Notes under the pieces: model-generated
What the model was told of the DNA's origin: nothing
Databases searched by the model: none
Seen by the model: only the letters and a program-made list of their open reading frames with translations
Translations under genes and position numbers: made by a program
Shown here: piece after piece, positions 49,190-61,518 of the stretch
How the letters are laid out: each line of letters starts with the position of its first letter
Numbering within the stretch: the stretch's first letter is position 1
Assembly (NCBI GenBank): GCA_905250055.1
Contig: CAJNOF010000004.1
Span: 839,250 to 903,249, forward strand
DNA length: 64,000 nt
DNA from: Rotaria sp.
Taxonomy: Eukaryota
Reading direction: 5' to 3'

Positions 49190-49212
49190 CTCTCTCTCTC
49201 TCTCTCTCTCTG
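49190..49212. repeat. Microsatellite (CT)n
   Basis: ctctctctctctctctctctctc. The ORFs through it (ERERERE…) are artefacts. Confidence 0.6.
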
Positions 49213-49568
49213 TCTTTCTGTCTTTTGCCTGCTGTTCAATCATCATGAGAAGTATGTCAATCATTGGTGTTCGAGTGCCAAATATACATACATACACACT
49301 CTCTCTTCTCAAATATCTGAAGAGTGCATGTGACAGTAGCAGTGCCTTGCGTACTTCGAGTCCAATAGCATCGGTAATATAGCGTGCTGTTAGATCATTA
49401 AAAGTTTGTGGTCACTTGGGTCCTATCTAATTGACGCGACATTGCATGCAATGTCCACAAAGATGGATTAATTTCAACAATTGTTAATAATGAGAAAAAG
49501 ACGAATGATGAGCTTTTCTACTTTGAATATACCTTTAAAGTGGCGCATGCAGCTGTCAATGTTCGCAG

Positions 49569-49592
49569 ACACACACACACATATATATATAT
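49569..49592. repeat. Compound microsatellite (CA)n(AT)n
   Basis: acacacacacacatatatatatat. Confidence 0.55.
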
Positions 49593-50930
49593 TAGACTGT
49601 TTTCTTTGAACTTCAAGTTCATTTTCTCAAAATGTATAGCTAAATCGAAAGAGTGTTTCTATTGAAATAAAAGCACACAACTATTTGTCTTCACAAAAAT
49701 ATATAGAAAGAGTGCACTTGTCATATGAATGTTTATTCAGCTTGTAATTCTCAAATATGTGATCCAGTGTTCAATTGAAATATAATAATCTTTTATTCTT
49801 ATTCAAACTTCAATCATCTTTGAAGTTTTCGAATCTATTACGTGTCAATAAATTTCTCTTATCTTATATAAGAAAAAAAGAAAACAAATGTAATATTTTT
49901 GAAATTTTTTTCTCAAAGAAAATATCGTTCATATGTATGATTATATTATTATAAGTAATTCAATTAAATATTCTGATTTTTATTCATTTTTTTAGCATGC
50001 CTCTTGATAAGTTGATAAATAGACTTTAGTTTTTGTATTCGTCCAAATCGTTAATTGATTTTACTCTCATACTCGACTCTACATTTTTCAAGGAAAACTT
50101 CAATCATAAATGTTCATTTTTAATGCGTTTATCATTACATTGATTTCGACAGTGTTCAATAGGAACAATGTCTTTTTAATCGATATATATATATATGTCA
50201 ATGATGATCGTTATAATTATTTATAATACCGTTTTTCTTTTCTAGATAGACATATGTAAACTTCTAACATTTGAGACGTACAAACCTTCTGGTATAGATG
50301 ATGGCGGGTGGTAAACTTCTGATGATATACATTCATGCTGATAGCAGTCAAGCGTAGAATGCCTCAAGTCGTGTAACTTATCATGAGTAAACTGGACAAA
50401 ATGTCACTGAGAGACAATAATGACGATTAAATGGGTAGACTTTCTCTTATGAATGCCGACTATTGCTTGTCTCATGAACAATTTCACGTCTGTGACTTTG
50501 AGTTGCCTTTGCATTAGTCGATATGAAAACGAACAAACAGATGTGTTCATATGCATGTATATATATATACAGCACATGTGGCGATAGTCTGCAATATTTA
50601 CTCAACCAATTTGTTCAACGATATTTTTCTTTTCTACTACTCTTATAAATACAAAAGAAAAGAAAAACTAAATTACCATTCGAACTTCCTACCTGTTCTA
50701 TATTACTATATATATTTTTTTGATTACCATGATGGTCATATATTTTCAATATTCAATTTCAATATTACAAATATATAAATGAAATGAAAAAAAAGATAAA
50801 TGAAGAATAGTTCTATGGATATAAATATGTATGTGCTTCGCTAGTTGATGTATACGCCTATACATGTATATATAATAAACAACGTTTATTAACGCAGATC
50901 GTATATGAATATATGTTAGCGCAGCAATCA

Positions 50931-50957
50931 TGATGATGATGATGATGATGATGACAT
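50931..50957. repeat. Microsatellite (ATG)n
   Basis: tgatgatgatgatgatgatgatgatga. The poly-His/Ile ORFs through it are artefacts. Confidence 0.6.
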
Positions 50958-53233
50958 ACATGATGAACAATGGATGCTGACAGCAAATGAGAGAAAGAAC
51001 AATCACCGTTCAAGGATAAATCATTAACGGGTGATAGAAAAAAAATGATGCTATAGTAAAGATGAGTAATGGTCAACATGAAGGATAAGAACTAAACAGC
51101 CGTTGTGTCCATCTGATTTGTATACGCCTGTCTGATTTTGATGAGTAAGAGATTAAATCAAACGTATAGTTTAAAAACTAATGAGAATTGATACATATTT
51201 CGAATGATAATAATAGATTTATTTGACTGATATAATGTGATTATAGAACCTGATTTTATAAATCATGTTCAATGATAAATTTGAGATTTATAATTTTGAT
51301 TATTGAAAAATAGCATGACCTTTGATTTTATATAAGAATTAATTATAATAGTACAAATAAGAACCTTACAATTTAATAAATTTGATTGGAAAAAAAAATC
51401 AATTGCGATTACTGTTCATTTTTCAATCGTAACTAAAATAATATCTGTATCTTAACGGTTTCAATTTCACATATATGTTCCAAAGTCATCAATAAACTTG
51501 AATAATTGGTTTGTATCAAACATTCAAAAACTGTCAATGATTAATTTAAGATAAAAGAATTCTAAATCAATAATCACCAACAGTTTTGAGATTATATAAA
51601 AAAAATTTTCATATGATTGAACAAAAATAAAAAAGCCTTTAAAAATCTCTCATACATTGCTACAATTGCATGAATGCATGTCGAAAGTACTTTTCATGAT
51701 GATCGCTTTTTCCTTTTTAAATAACATCTAGATTACATCATACGCAAAATTTTATCATTGTTATAATATTATATAGTAGCTCATCATTCACTCAAGTATG
51801 CAAATTAAATATGAAAAATTTTAATATTTGGTCAAGAGAGTTTTTCTTAAAGAAAGAAAAAAGCCAAATGCTCCATTTCACCTTTATGTAATCAAACATG
51901 TTGAATACTTCTTAAGTATATTGTTTACAAAAACACCTAGTGGAAATATAATTCATGCCAGAAGAATCATTGATCAGTATGACTTCGAGTGTAGTATTGA
52001 ATGATTTTTCTTTTTCTTTATTGTTGACTTAAAGCATACTACGATCAGGACAAACAATGTCAGTTTTACATGTTTATATTTTTCATTTGTATTTCTTCAT
52101 TTGAAGATAGATTAGAATATTTTAGTGTTTGAAATAAAATTGAAACTAAAGAAATATTCATTTGACGTTAAATGTTTGACAACTGCTCACATATTGACAA
52201 GCTTTTGATTGCATGTCAAAATAAACTTCATAATGGATAAATGATATTTGGATAAAAAATGATGGTTGAATGAATGAGATGAGAAAAAATGATCATGATT
52301 AGACAACAAATGTGGTTATATAACTTAGCATACGTAGATCTAAACGGTATTGTATCGATCAAAAATTGATTGAAAATATGTCATAATCTTGAAAAATAAT
52401 TTCTTCGTCTATATTCAACAATGAAATTAACTTCATTCTAACAAATTCTCGTATGATCATGACTATTCCTTATTAACAATAATCGTGATAACATTATACT
52501 TAATTGTCATGCAAGCTAACATTTATTATCAATGTACTTAAATCATTAGCTGCTGATATTTCAAATCTTATTTTAAACAACTTGACATTCTATATAAAAT
52601 CAAATTTGCCAAAATCTATTTCTCTTCTTCAAACTCACACTTAATTGATTAGACAATAAAATATTCTAGGAGATGTTTTATTGAAATAAAAAAAAAAAGA
52701 TTGAAATGTTTGATGGGAACATCGACACACTTATGTATATTATGCATATATTATAGAATACACAGAATAAGGGATGACAATGATTTTCATATTTAAAGGA
52801 ATACACATACATTGAAGACAAGCCCGTTTAACGAAATAAGGAATGTGTGTGGTATTTGACATACAAAGGATAGAACAAGAAAAGAGAAAAACGAACGAGG
52901 TTAGATGAGTAAATATACAAGAAAGAAAAGATTTTTTTCCGACTACTTATATCTACTCGTCGTTTATATTTCATTCAATAAGGAAAAAGAAGAAGGTTCG
53001 ATTCTCACACACAAAGAGATTCTCATACAAGTACACACATATAGTTTTTTTTATTGTTTTTGATACAATCAATGAAACAAAAAACAAAAAAAAGAATTTT
53101 TCATTTTGTTTTTGAAACATGACAAAAAAAAGGAAAAAAAAAAGAAAAGGTTTTGATATTTTTTTGATTATATCTCAAAGTTCATAGTTATTTTTGTTTT
53201 TGATTGAACAACAAATAATTTGGAAGGATTAAA

Positions 53234-54228
53234 TCACTTTTGCTCATCATCAACATCTTGAACTTCATTATGAGCATTATCACTATCACCCGGCATATCG
53301 GTGGTCCATAATGTTAGATTATCTCGTAGAAGTTGCATAATTAATGTTGAATCTAAATAACAATTTCAATACAAATTTATTATATCAAAATAATAAAATT
53401 CTAACCTTTATATGTATCTTCATTAAGTGTATCTAATTCAGCAATTGCATCATCAAATGCCTTTAAAAGAATTAAATAATTATTGTTTTTTTTTTTATTT
53501 ATTAAATAGTTTAAATAGAATTACTTGTTTAGCTAATCGACAAGCTCGTTCCGGTGTATTAAGAATTTCATAATAGAATACCGAAAAATTTAATGCTAAA
53601 CCAAGTCGTATTGGATGTGTTGGTGGTAATTCATTTTGTGCTATATCATTGGCTTTTGTATATGCAATAAGAGAATTTTCAGCTGCTTCTTTACGATCAT
53701 CTTGTGTTGCAAATTCAGCTTTATAACGATGATAATCACCTTTCATTTTTAAATAGAAAACTTTGCTTTCACCTGATGCAGCATTTGGTAAAAGATTTTT
53801 ATCAAGTAAATCAAGAATGTCTTGGCAAATATCACGTAATTCTTTTTCAACCTAAACATAATCAAGATTTTATTGATCAAAAGACAAACTAATGAAAACA
53901 TACCTGAGAACGATATTTTTTAATTAATGCCATTTTACTATTTTCCGATTTAGTTTCTTCTTTGCTTTCGATATTAGTAATTATACGCCATGATGCTCGT
54001 CGTGCACCAATTAAATTTTTATAAGCAACAGAAAGTAAATTACGTTCTTCAACTGTTAATTCTTGATCAATTTTTGCGACCTTTTTCATGGATTCAACCA
54101 TTTCTATTATTCAATAAGTCTTCTTTGTAAGATTTGAAAAAGAAATTATCTTTTTTACCTTCATAACGTTCGGCTTGTTCAGCCAATTTAGCTTGATAGA
54201 CATCATCATCACGTGAACTTGGCATGAT
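53234..54228 (-). CDS. 14-3-3 protein, complete, 5 exons: 54162-54228, 53904-54117, 53524-53853, 53407-53462 and 53234-53346.
   Basis: The spliced product is [72 protein letters not shown]…[172 protein letters not shown]. 14-3-3 signature blocks are present throughout. Donors are gtaaaa, gtatg and gtaatt, with clean AG acceptors. Confidence 0.85.
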
Positions 54229-57200
54229 CGCTAGTGACTATAGATTGGTGAGAAGATTGAAAAGAAAATAGACCAAACAACGCTTAAATAGACGGAGAAA
54301 TGTTAGACAATGAACAGTGCCTGTTGACTAGTAACCATATTGTTTCGTTGAACAATTCACTCATAATGAATGCGATAATAAGGCAGAGCAAAATAATATT
54401 AACATAATTTGAAATTTTGTTGAAAAATTTAATAAAGAAAAAAATTAATTAAGAAAAATAGTGTAGTTTTATCAAGAATTTTTTCTAACATGACATCTAT
54501 AGATGGCAGATGTCAACGAATTTTTTCTTTATATATTGAGAACAAAATTCAATTAATTGTAATTGAACATCGTCATGAAGTATTTTTTTCCCATAGGACA
54601 CTGCCTATAGTGATTTGCCTTTATTAAGTTTTCTATTTATTGATGTGATGAAAATGAAATATTTGTCAACGTTAATCGATTTTTTTTAATGAAGATAACT
54701 TATATTCTTCTCTATTTGTGTGAAGAAATTAAGTGCACATGATCTTCTCATATTCATCTTTTATTTGAAAGTTCATTTCACAATAAATCCGTCTAGAATA
54801 TTTTTTTTCCGCATTAAAATAATATGTCAGAATAGAATACAAGCAAGGATATTCTTCACTTCCTTTTTGTTATATTTTTAATGACTAATTCCATTAGTAA
54901 CTATGTCCTATGATTCGTTGTCTCAATTATGCTATGTATAATGACGCAGCAAATATTTGTCAGCAGTGATATTTTTCGACAAATGAATCTGTAATTGACA
55001 TACACCATCAAAATCATTGCATGAAAGATAATAGAAAAAGAATGTTTTGATTCATCAAGTAAAACTGATAATTATAATTTATTTCTATTTCAACTAACAA
55101 GTTTAACATAAATTTATTTATCTTATTGTGAAATTTGTAGATCATGACAGACTTTTTTTTTATGAGTGAAGAGTATAGTCATTGCAGCATTATGTTCGGA
55201 AAAGAAAAATGCATATAAGTCGAGTTCTACTCAAGTGATTTTGATAAGTATTCTTTTGTTTTACTTTGCTAAACATGACTATTCATTTCTGAAAAAAGGC
55301 AAGTTTCTAAAAAATCATAGCCACAATGTCCAATACTTAAACTCTAATGTCATGTTTTGGAACAAAGTCCATTTTTTTTATTCCATTCAGATATTTTTGA
55401 ATTATTTTTGCAGCTATTGTTGTAGAACTTTTCAAGACTGTGATGAAAATATCTTTACTTTTAGTTTTAAATGAAGTTTCATTAACGAAAAACTGTCAAT
55501 CATAAGCGTTAAGACACTTTTTTCATTTTTGTTTAGAGCGACATTAGAATCATTGGCATTTCGTTTGAAGAAATTTCATTTAATTGCATATAACAGAGAA
55601 ACAGAGGGAAAATAATTTTAGAAGTAAAAGAGATTTGCTTCATACAGTTTGATCATTCAAAAATTTCACACAGAAAAAAAAACAATGATGTTTATGCTGC
55701 ATGTAGAGTGACTTTTTCAGTTTTGTTATTGCTATTACTCAATGAAAACTGAATTATTATTGACCATAAATATTTTATCCTTTTTCCAGCTTCTACCGTA
55801 GAATGATATTCAAAAAAAAGTCAATGAAAAATATTTCTCTATCCGAGAAGAAATTTAGTTTTACTAGCAAAGTTTGGAGCGACATTTTTTCAAGCAACTA
55901 TACACAAAGACTGATTGATATATGTAAATAGCACATAGATAACGACTTTGTATCGAGAACTATTGTGCAATATCATCATTTTTAAACCTTTATTACTTCT
56001 AAAAAAGTATCTAGAGCTAACTTAAAACGACTTTCAATGAAAAAATGCACTCATCAACTGTTATCATCCATGATTACTGAAGTATCGTGTGGATTTCATT
56101 ATAATAAAAGATATGTATGTCGATTCAAACGCTAGCACAAAGAAGTGCTAGAAAAATACTATTTTCAAGCACATTTGATATTCCTCTATCAAATACGACC
56201 CTTAGTTTTCTTTTGTTAAGTTTATTTTTATCGATTTCTTTCGTCGAATAGTATAATAGCTGTGCTCTTCGCTCGTAAATGTGTTAGCATCCAGTCTGAG
56301 GTCCGAAATTAGATGGATATTAATTTAGACTATTCTCACATGAATCAGTTACAATAAGTTCAATCTCGCATAGGCTGACATATTACATTACAGCAAATTT
56401 TACCCAGACGTAGATATGGACAAATAAGTTCTGATCCTGTCGGGGCTGGAAACATGATCAGGACCAACACTTTTTTATTGGGAATGATATTTTGCATGAT
56501 CGTGTGAGATTTGAATCAAATATCATATTTTTACAACTCGTATATTCTAAAAGTCCATGTGAAAATTAATGAATAACGATTACTTCAATATTTGCTGTTA
56601 TGATTTGGATAATAACATCGATCCTTTCTGGTAAACAAAAGAGTTGTCGATTATATAAACTTGAAAAATAGACTAAGTGTATATCGCTCAACTGCCGGAA
56701 CAATCTATTTTCATAATTCATGCTACTTTTCTTCATATTCGAGTTATGATGTGATTTGACAAAGTTTGAAAAAAGCAACTCTACACTTTTTTTTCATACT
56801 GCCATTTGGAACCATATTTATAGTTTTATATTTAATAATCGAAAATATATTTCAAATACACGCAATGATAGACATTTCTTTGTTCTTTCGCAATGTTCGA
56901 TGCAGAATCAACACATAAATTCTTTAGAAATGAAGAAGAATCAGAAAACAATATTATTAATAAGGATACTAATAAAAAAAATCGATCTAGTCTTGAAAAA
57001 AAAGCTGAATATTATTTCAGATTAACACTTAATATATCTGCTTATTTTTGAGATTACTCGTCTTATCTTGGAACCTTTTTTGTAAAACTTTCTGTGTGCC
57101 ATTGTTAAGTTCTTTATACGATTTCTTCAAGAAGTAATAATGAAACAACTAGCAGAAAAAGCAATATAGATAATACGAGTGTGTGAGCTGTTAGACAGTA

Positions 57201-58765
57201 TCCAGATTATTTGATTAGATTCTGGCTTGACTCTACATTGTTTAAAGTTTGGTTTAGGAGAGCCTCCTTTCAAAATGTGAAACCTATAATTTTTTGAATT
57301 TAATCTTCTTCGGCGGTACGCAACCGAATTTGATAATATACATATAAATTGTTGAATAGAGGATGTCTTCCTCTACAAATCGATACATGCCTTGTTCTCT
57401 AGTCAGGGCCTTATAATTGCCTTTTAATTTCAACAAAATACTAAATGTAATCATAAGCAAGGAGAATAAGAAAAGTCAACGAAAGTTTTAGGTGTGAATA
57501 TACTTGTTCTCCTCATTCCACACCTACGATCGAGATATTAATTAATGTATTTTTTCATTTTTAGAAGTTAGTCTTAGCATAAATAACGATCCAAATTCAT
57601 GCACATCTTTCTGTTACAGTCTCGTATTAACCATTCAAAACTTCATTAGTCTAGATCAATCTGAGATTCTTCTAAAATATTCAAACGAATCTTAAATTGG
57701 ACGTATTGCAACTGATGAATACGAGAATAGCTTGAATTAATGTCCGTTCAATATCAGTTTTCAGATTGAACGCTAATATAAATGTATCATTTCTTTTATA
57801 AATTATTTAAAAGAAATTGAAACTTATGCCGTTGATTATTAGGCATATTTTTTCTGGGAAACTTTCTTGTTCAAAATAATGTGTAACACCAATTTTCGAA
57901 ATAATCTACATATGACATAGAAAATATTATAGAAGATAATAGAAGACATTATTCATAGTTTGTTTTATTCAAATAGAAAACGAAGACAATTATTTAGAAG
58001 TTTATATTGTTCTATTAGATTTTTTTATAGCGAGTATGCTTAACCAATACAACTCATAAACATTAGACCAAACATAGGTATGTATATGAATATAGTCAAT
58101 ATGTTTTGCTTTTATCTATGAAATGTAATATATTTGAGTTATACTTTTTTTCAAATATTTAAGAAAAAAAATAATATGCTTGTAAAAATAATTCACTATT
58201 TGAATTATCTAAATTAGAAAGCCAATCATCAAAATTTTTGTACTATTCTCTTATTTCAATTCCTATTGATGTTATTGGATATTTCATTTCATATCATATT
58301 AAATCTTCACACGCGTTAATACGTTCATCGAGTAGAAATCGTAATAAGATTTTAATCATTTGTTCTCATAGCATATTATCAAGTCGGAATAATAGATAAG
58401 ATCAATTATTAGTATCTCATAACACATTTTCTTAAATTACTATTGTTTTCTTTTTGTTTCAAAAACTATAAAGAACAAATGCTCGATTTGTTACCAATCA
58501 TCAATCATTGCAATGAAAAAAAAAGAATCTTGATATATGTAAAGTTATGATAAATGAGCTGACAATAAAATAAGAAAAAAACAACGACTATATACGTTTG
58601 TATGAACGTATACGATATATATATATATACGTAATTCTTATATGAATTAATTGGATGATTGATATTTTTTGACAATGCGATTATCAAGTAGAAACCAAAA
58701 TTTTATTTTTCTTATCTGAATTTATCTTGGATAAATAAAAGATGAAATTTTATTCTTCTACAAAG

Positions 58766-58794
58766 TGAATGAATGAATGAATGAATGAATGAAT
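58766..58794. repeat. Microsatellite (GAAT)n
   Basis: gaatgaatgaatgaatgaatgaatgaat. Confidence 0.6.
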
Positions 58795-58887
58795 AATAAT
58801 GAAATCCACAAAAGAAATTGAATTATTATCTGACTGAATAGTTCAACAGAAAATGCATTTTAATGTTTGTGTAAATTGATATTATTC

Positions 58888-60300
58888 TTAATAGACAAGT
58901 TGTTGAGCCATTGGATTAAACATTTGTGGTTGACTTGGAAAACGGCTTGCTGGTGGGACAAATGTATTACCAGCAGCCATCATTGGCATACCACTTGGAA
59001 TCATTCTACCTTGTTGCATCATTGGACGATAACCAAATGACATTCCTTGATGTCCTGGATACATATAATTTTGAGGGATATAATTTTGAGGAATATAATT
59101 TTGAGGAATATAATTTGATGATAATGGTGGAATTGATTGAGGTGCCATTTGTTGTACTGATGGTTGTATTTGAACTGGTCGATACATAAATTGTTGTACT
59201 GGTTGTGGTTGCATGACACCCATAGGTTGTGCTGATTGTTGTGGTTGCATGACGCCCATGGATTGTACTTGTTGTTGTGGTTGCATGACACCCATAGGTT
59301 GTACTTGTTGTTGTGGTTGCATGATACCCATGGATTGTACTGGATGTTGTTGTTGTTGTTGCATAACACCAATAGGTTGTACTTGTTGTGGTACTTGCAT
59401 CATCATCATTGCTGTTTGAGGACCCGCTGTTGTCATTGGTGCCGGTGGATTATATTCAAAACTTGATGCCGATGAAAAACTTGGGTTGTTATCAACTGCA
59501 GTATGATATGCAACTGGTCGTCCAACTGAACCTAGAATTGAATGAGTTCGATAAGGATTACTACCTCCTATAACACCATTAGAACATGAAGGTAATCCAT
59601 TAAATGCAGAATTAAATGGTGAACCTGGTTGACTATAAGCATTACACATTGGACGATCAACTTTGATAACTCTAATTAAAATAAGTTTTTTTTCTTTGAT
59701 TAATTCTTTAAAAGATTATAAGAGAGTATACCGCGTTCGAACAATTGGTGGTGGTGCTTCTTCTTGCATTTCTTTTTGAATTATACGTGGCGGTGGTGTA
59801 CGTGGTTGTTCAATAACACGTTCAACAATTTCCTGAGCTTGTGGACGAATGATAACCTTATAGATTAGAAATAGAAATCAAATAATGTTTGTTTTTGCTT
59901 AATAATATGTAATACATACTCGTTCCATAACAGGTGCTTCGGGTGTTGGAGCTCGTTCAACTACTCGTTTAATAATTGGAGGTGGAGTTGGTGCACGAAC
60001 TACATCACGTGGACATCGTGCATCACGTGTAATCATCCGTCCGCGATATTCATAGTCATCAGTACTTTCACTATCTGACGAAAATGATCCTGGTGAATAT
60101 GATCTAATAATAAAAATACTTAAAAAAAACCAATCAAACAAAAGAATAGTTTATTACCGTCGTCGACGATCATCATACATATTGGCTGCCACACCATTTG
60201 GATAACCAGCAGACATTACTCCCGGTTCAACAGTATAACCAGCAACAGGAGCTGCACCTACGGCTGTTGGTCTGTTTGAATACACATAACGGTAAGACAT
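58888..60300 (-). CDS. Gln/Pro/Met-rich low-complexity protein with internal coding tandem repeats, 4 exons (~60159-60300, ~59925-60112, ~59735-59858, 58888-~59680). Function unknown.
   Basis: The ATG at 60300 opens MSYRYVYSNRPTAVGAAPVAGYTVEPGVMSAGYPNGVAANMYDDRRR|gtaat. Exon 2 is …RSYSPGSFSSDSESTDDYEYRGRMITRDARCPRDVVRAPTPPPIIKRVVERAPTPEAPVMER. Exon 3 is VIIRPQAQEIVERVIEQPRTPPPRIIQKEMQEEAPPPIVRTR. Exon 4 is …VIKVDRPMCNAYSQPGSP… with (MGVMQPQQQVQP) x about 5 encoded by 27-bp repeats at ~59195-59345 and (NYIPQ) x3, ending at the stop at 58888. Confidence 0.5.
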
Positions 60301-61200
60301 TTCGTTTTGATATACAAATGGACAAAGTAATATGTATGTATTGATGAGAAAGAAAAAGTGTTGTTGAACAGATCTTTATTTCTTCTTATCGATCGTCTCC
60401 GTTCCGGTTCAATTCACTGTAGACATATGGACAATGGTCGTTTATATCAAAAAGCACACATCCAAATAAAAAAAAATATATATATACATATTAAGAAGAC
60501 GAGACGATGACCTCCTCAAATTTTCATATCATTCTTCTCATACGAACAAGACATAAGATGAAGACAGGATTGAATTTATTCATGGATAAATCAAAATTAG
60601 AAATATTGAACCATTCAAATGTCTCTTGTGTTCTCTCTTTCTCATGTTCAATTTTAAAAAATCTTGATGATACTATTACTTTTCATCATTTCTTGTAAAT
60701 TATTATTTATCTCTGATATAGATTATAAAATTCTTATAGCTAATGAAAGATGTTTATCGTTCATTTTAATGAAATATCACATAGAAAAAAAGATAATATC
60801 ATATATTCAAATTTACATTTTCCTTTGTTTCATGATTGATATTTGACATTTATAATAAGCATGTTTATAATGTAAATTTAAGTACATTTTCTGATCAGAT
60901 ACAATGAGACTCTTACAAAATGAAATTTGACTATTTTTCCATTTAATATTATTAAAATAAAAATTCAAGATTATTTATTTTTTTTGAAGGGGAGGAAGTT
61001 TTTTATTTGTAGTGAAGAAAAACTGGAGAAAAATTCCATCTGATGGTTCTATAATCCTTATCCATCTTATTCATCATACACAGGAGAAAAATCCTATACA
61101 CACACAGATATAGATAATGACATAATGAAAAAAAAAGTAACGTGTGTGTACGTATGTATAAATATATTGATAATTCATATAAGAGATATATTTTTTTATT

Positions 61201-61518
61201 TTATTTATCAACACTTCGTTTGCCCAAGCCTGATGCAAATTTCGCCGATGCAAGTCGTTTGCCCAAGCCGGAAGCAAATTTTGCCGATGCCAAACGTTTT
61301 CCAAGACCACTAGCAAATTTAGCTGATGCTAATCGTTTGCCAAGTCCACTGGCGAATTTTGCTGATGCAAGACGTTTGTATAAATCAAAATCTTCTGAGC
61401 TTACATCATCCCATTGTTCATCACTGTGTTCAAGAGATGTTGATTCTACAACAGTGTTGAAGTGAAAAAGAAACAGGACGGCTAGAAGACCAAAGATAAG
61501 AACGAATTTTGTCTGCAT
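61201..61518 (-). CDS. Secreted multi-copy peptide precursor with neuropeptide-prohormone architecture. A signal peptide and acidic spacer are followed by 4 x (KR-LASAKFASGLG-KR). Predicted mature products are 4 copies of LASAKFASGL-amide.
   Basis: Hand translation gives MQTKFVLIFGLLAVLFLFHFNTVVES|TSLEHSDEQWDDVSSEDFDLY KR LASAKFASGLG KR LASAKFASGLG KR LASAKFASGLG KR LASAKFASGLG KR SVDK*. The four copies are identical at the protein level but use different synonymous codons (ctt/tta/ttg/ctt; tca/tca/tcg/tcg; gcc/gct/gct/gca; agt/agt/tcc/tca; gga/ggt/ggc/ggc). The N-terminus is hydrophobic, the cleavage sites are dibasic and a C-terminal Gly is the amidation donor. Confidence 0.6.
   Translation of the reverse strand: MQTKFVLIFGLLAVLFLFHFNTVVESTSLEHSDEQWDDVSSEDFDLYKRLASAKFASGLGKRLASAKFASGLGKRLASAKFASGLGKRLASAKFASGLGKRSVDK

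Noticed and set aside
49079-49382. ORFs with EREREREGKKERRK / SLSLSLSV runs.
   Set aside because: These are translations of the (CT)n microsatellite and flanking low-complexity DNA.
50746-51079. ORFs containing poly-His and poly-Ile runs.
   Set aside because: These are translations of the (ATG)n microsatellite.
59019-59573. Several Cys/His/Asn-rich ORFs on both strands (e.g. 59213-59419 + MTPIGCADCCGCMTP…, 59019-59372 -) inside the Q/M-rich gene.
   Set aside because: These are alternative-frame or antisense readings of the 27-bp coding tandem repeats. Only the MGVMQPQQQ frame connects to upstream exons through valid splice sites.
61142-61465. Plus-strand 107-aa ORF (…RLPKPDANFADAS/RLPKPEANFADAK/RFPRPLANLADAN/RLPSPLANFADAR…) overlapping the peptide-precursor repeats.
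   Set aside because: It is the antisense reading of the same 4 repeat units. It lacks a signal peptide and its units differ from one another, whereas the minus-strand units are identical peptides with dibasic sites. The minus strand is therefore the coding one.
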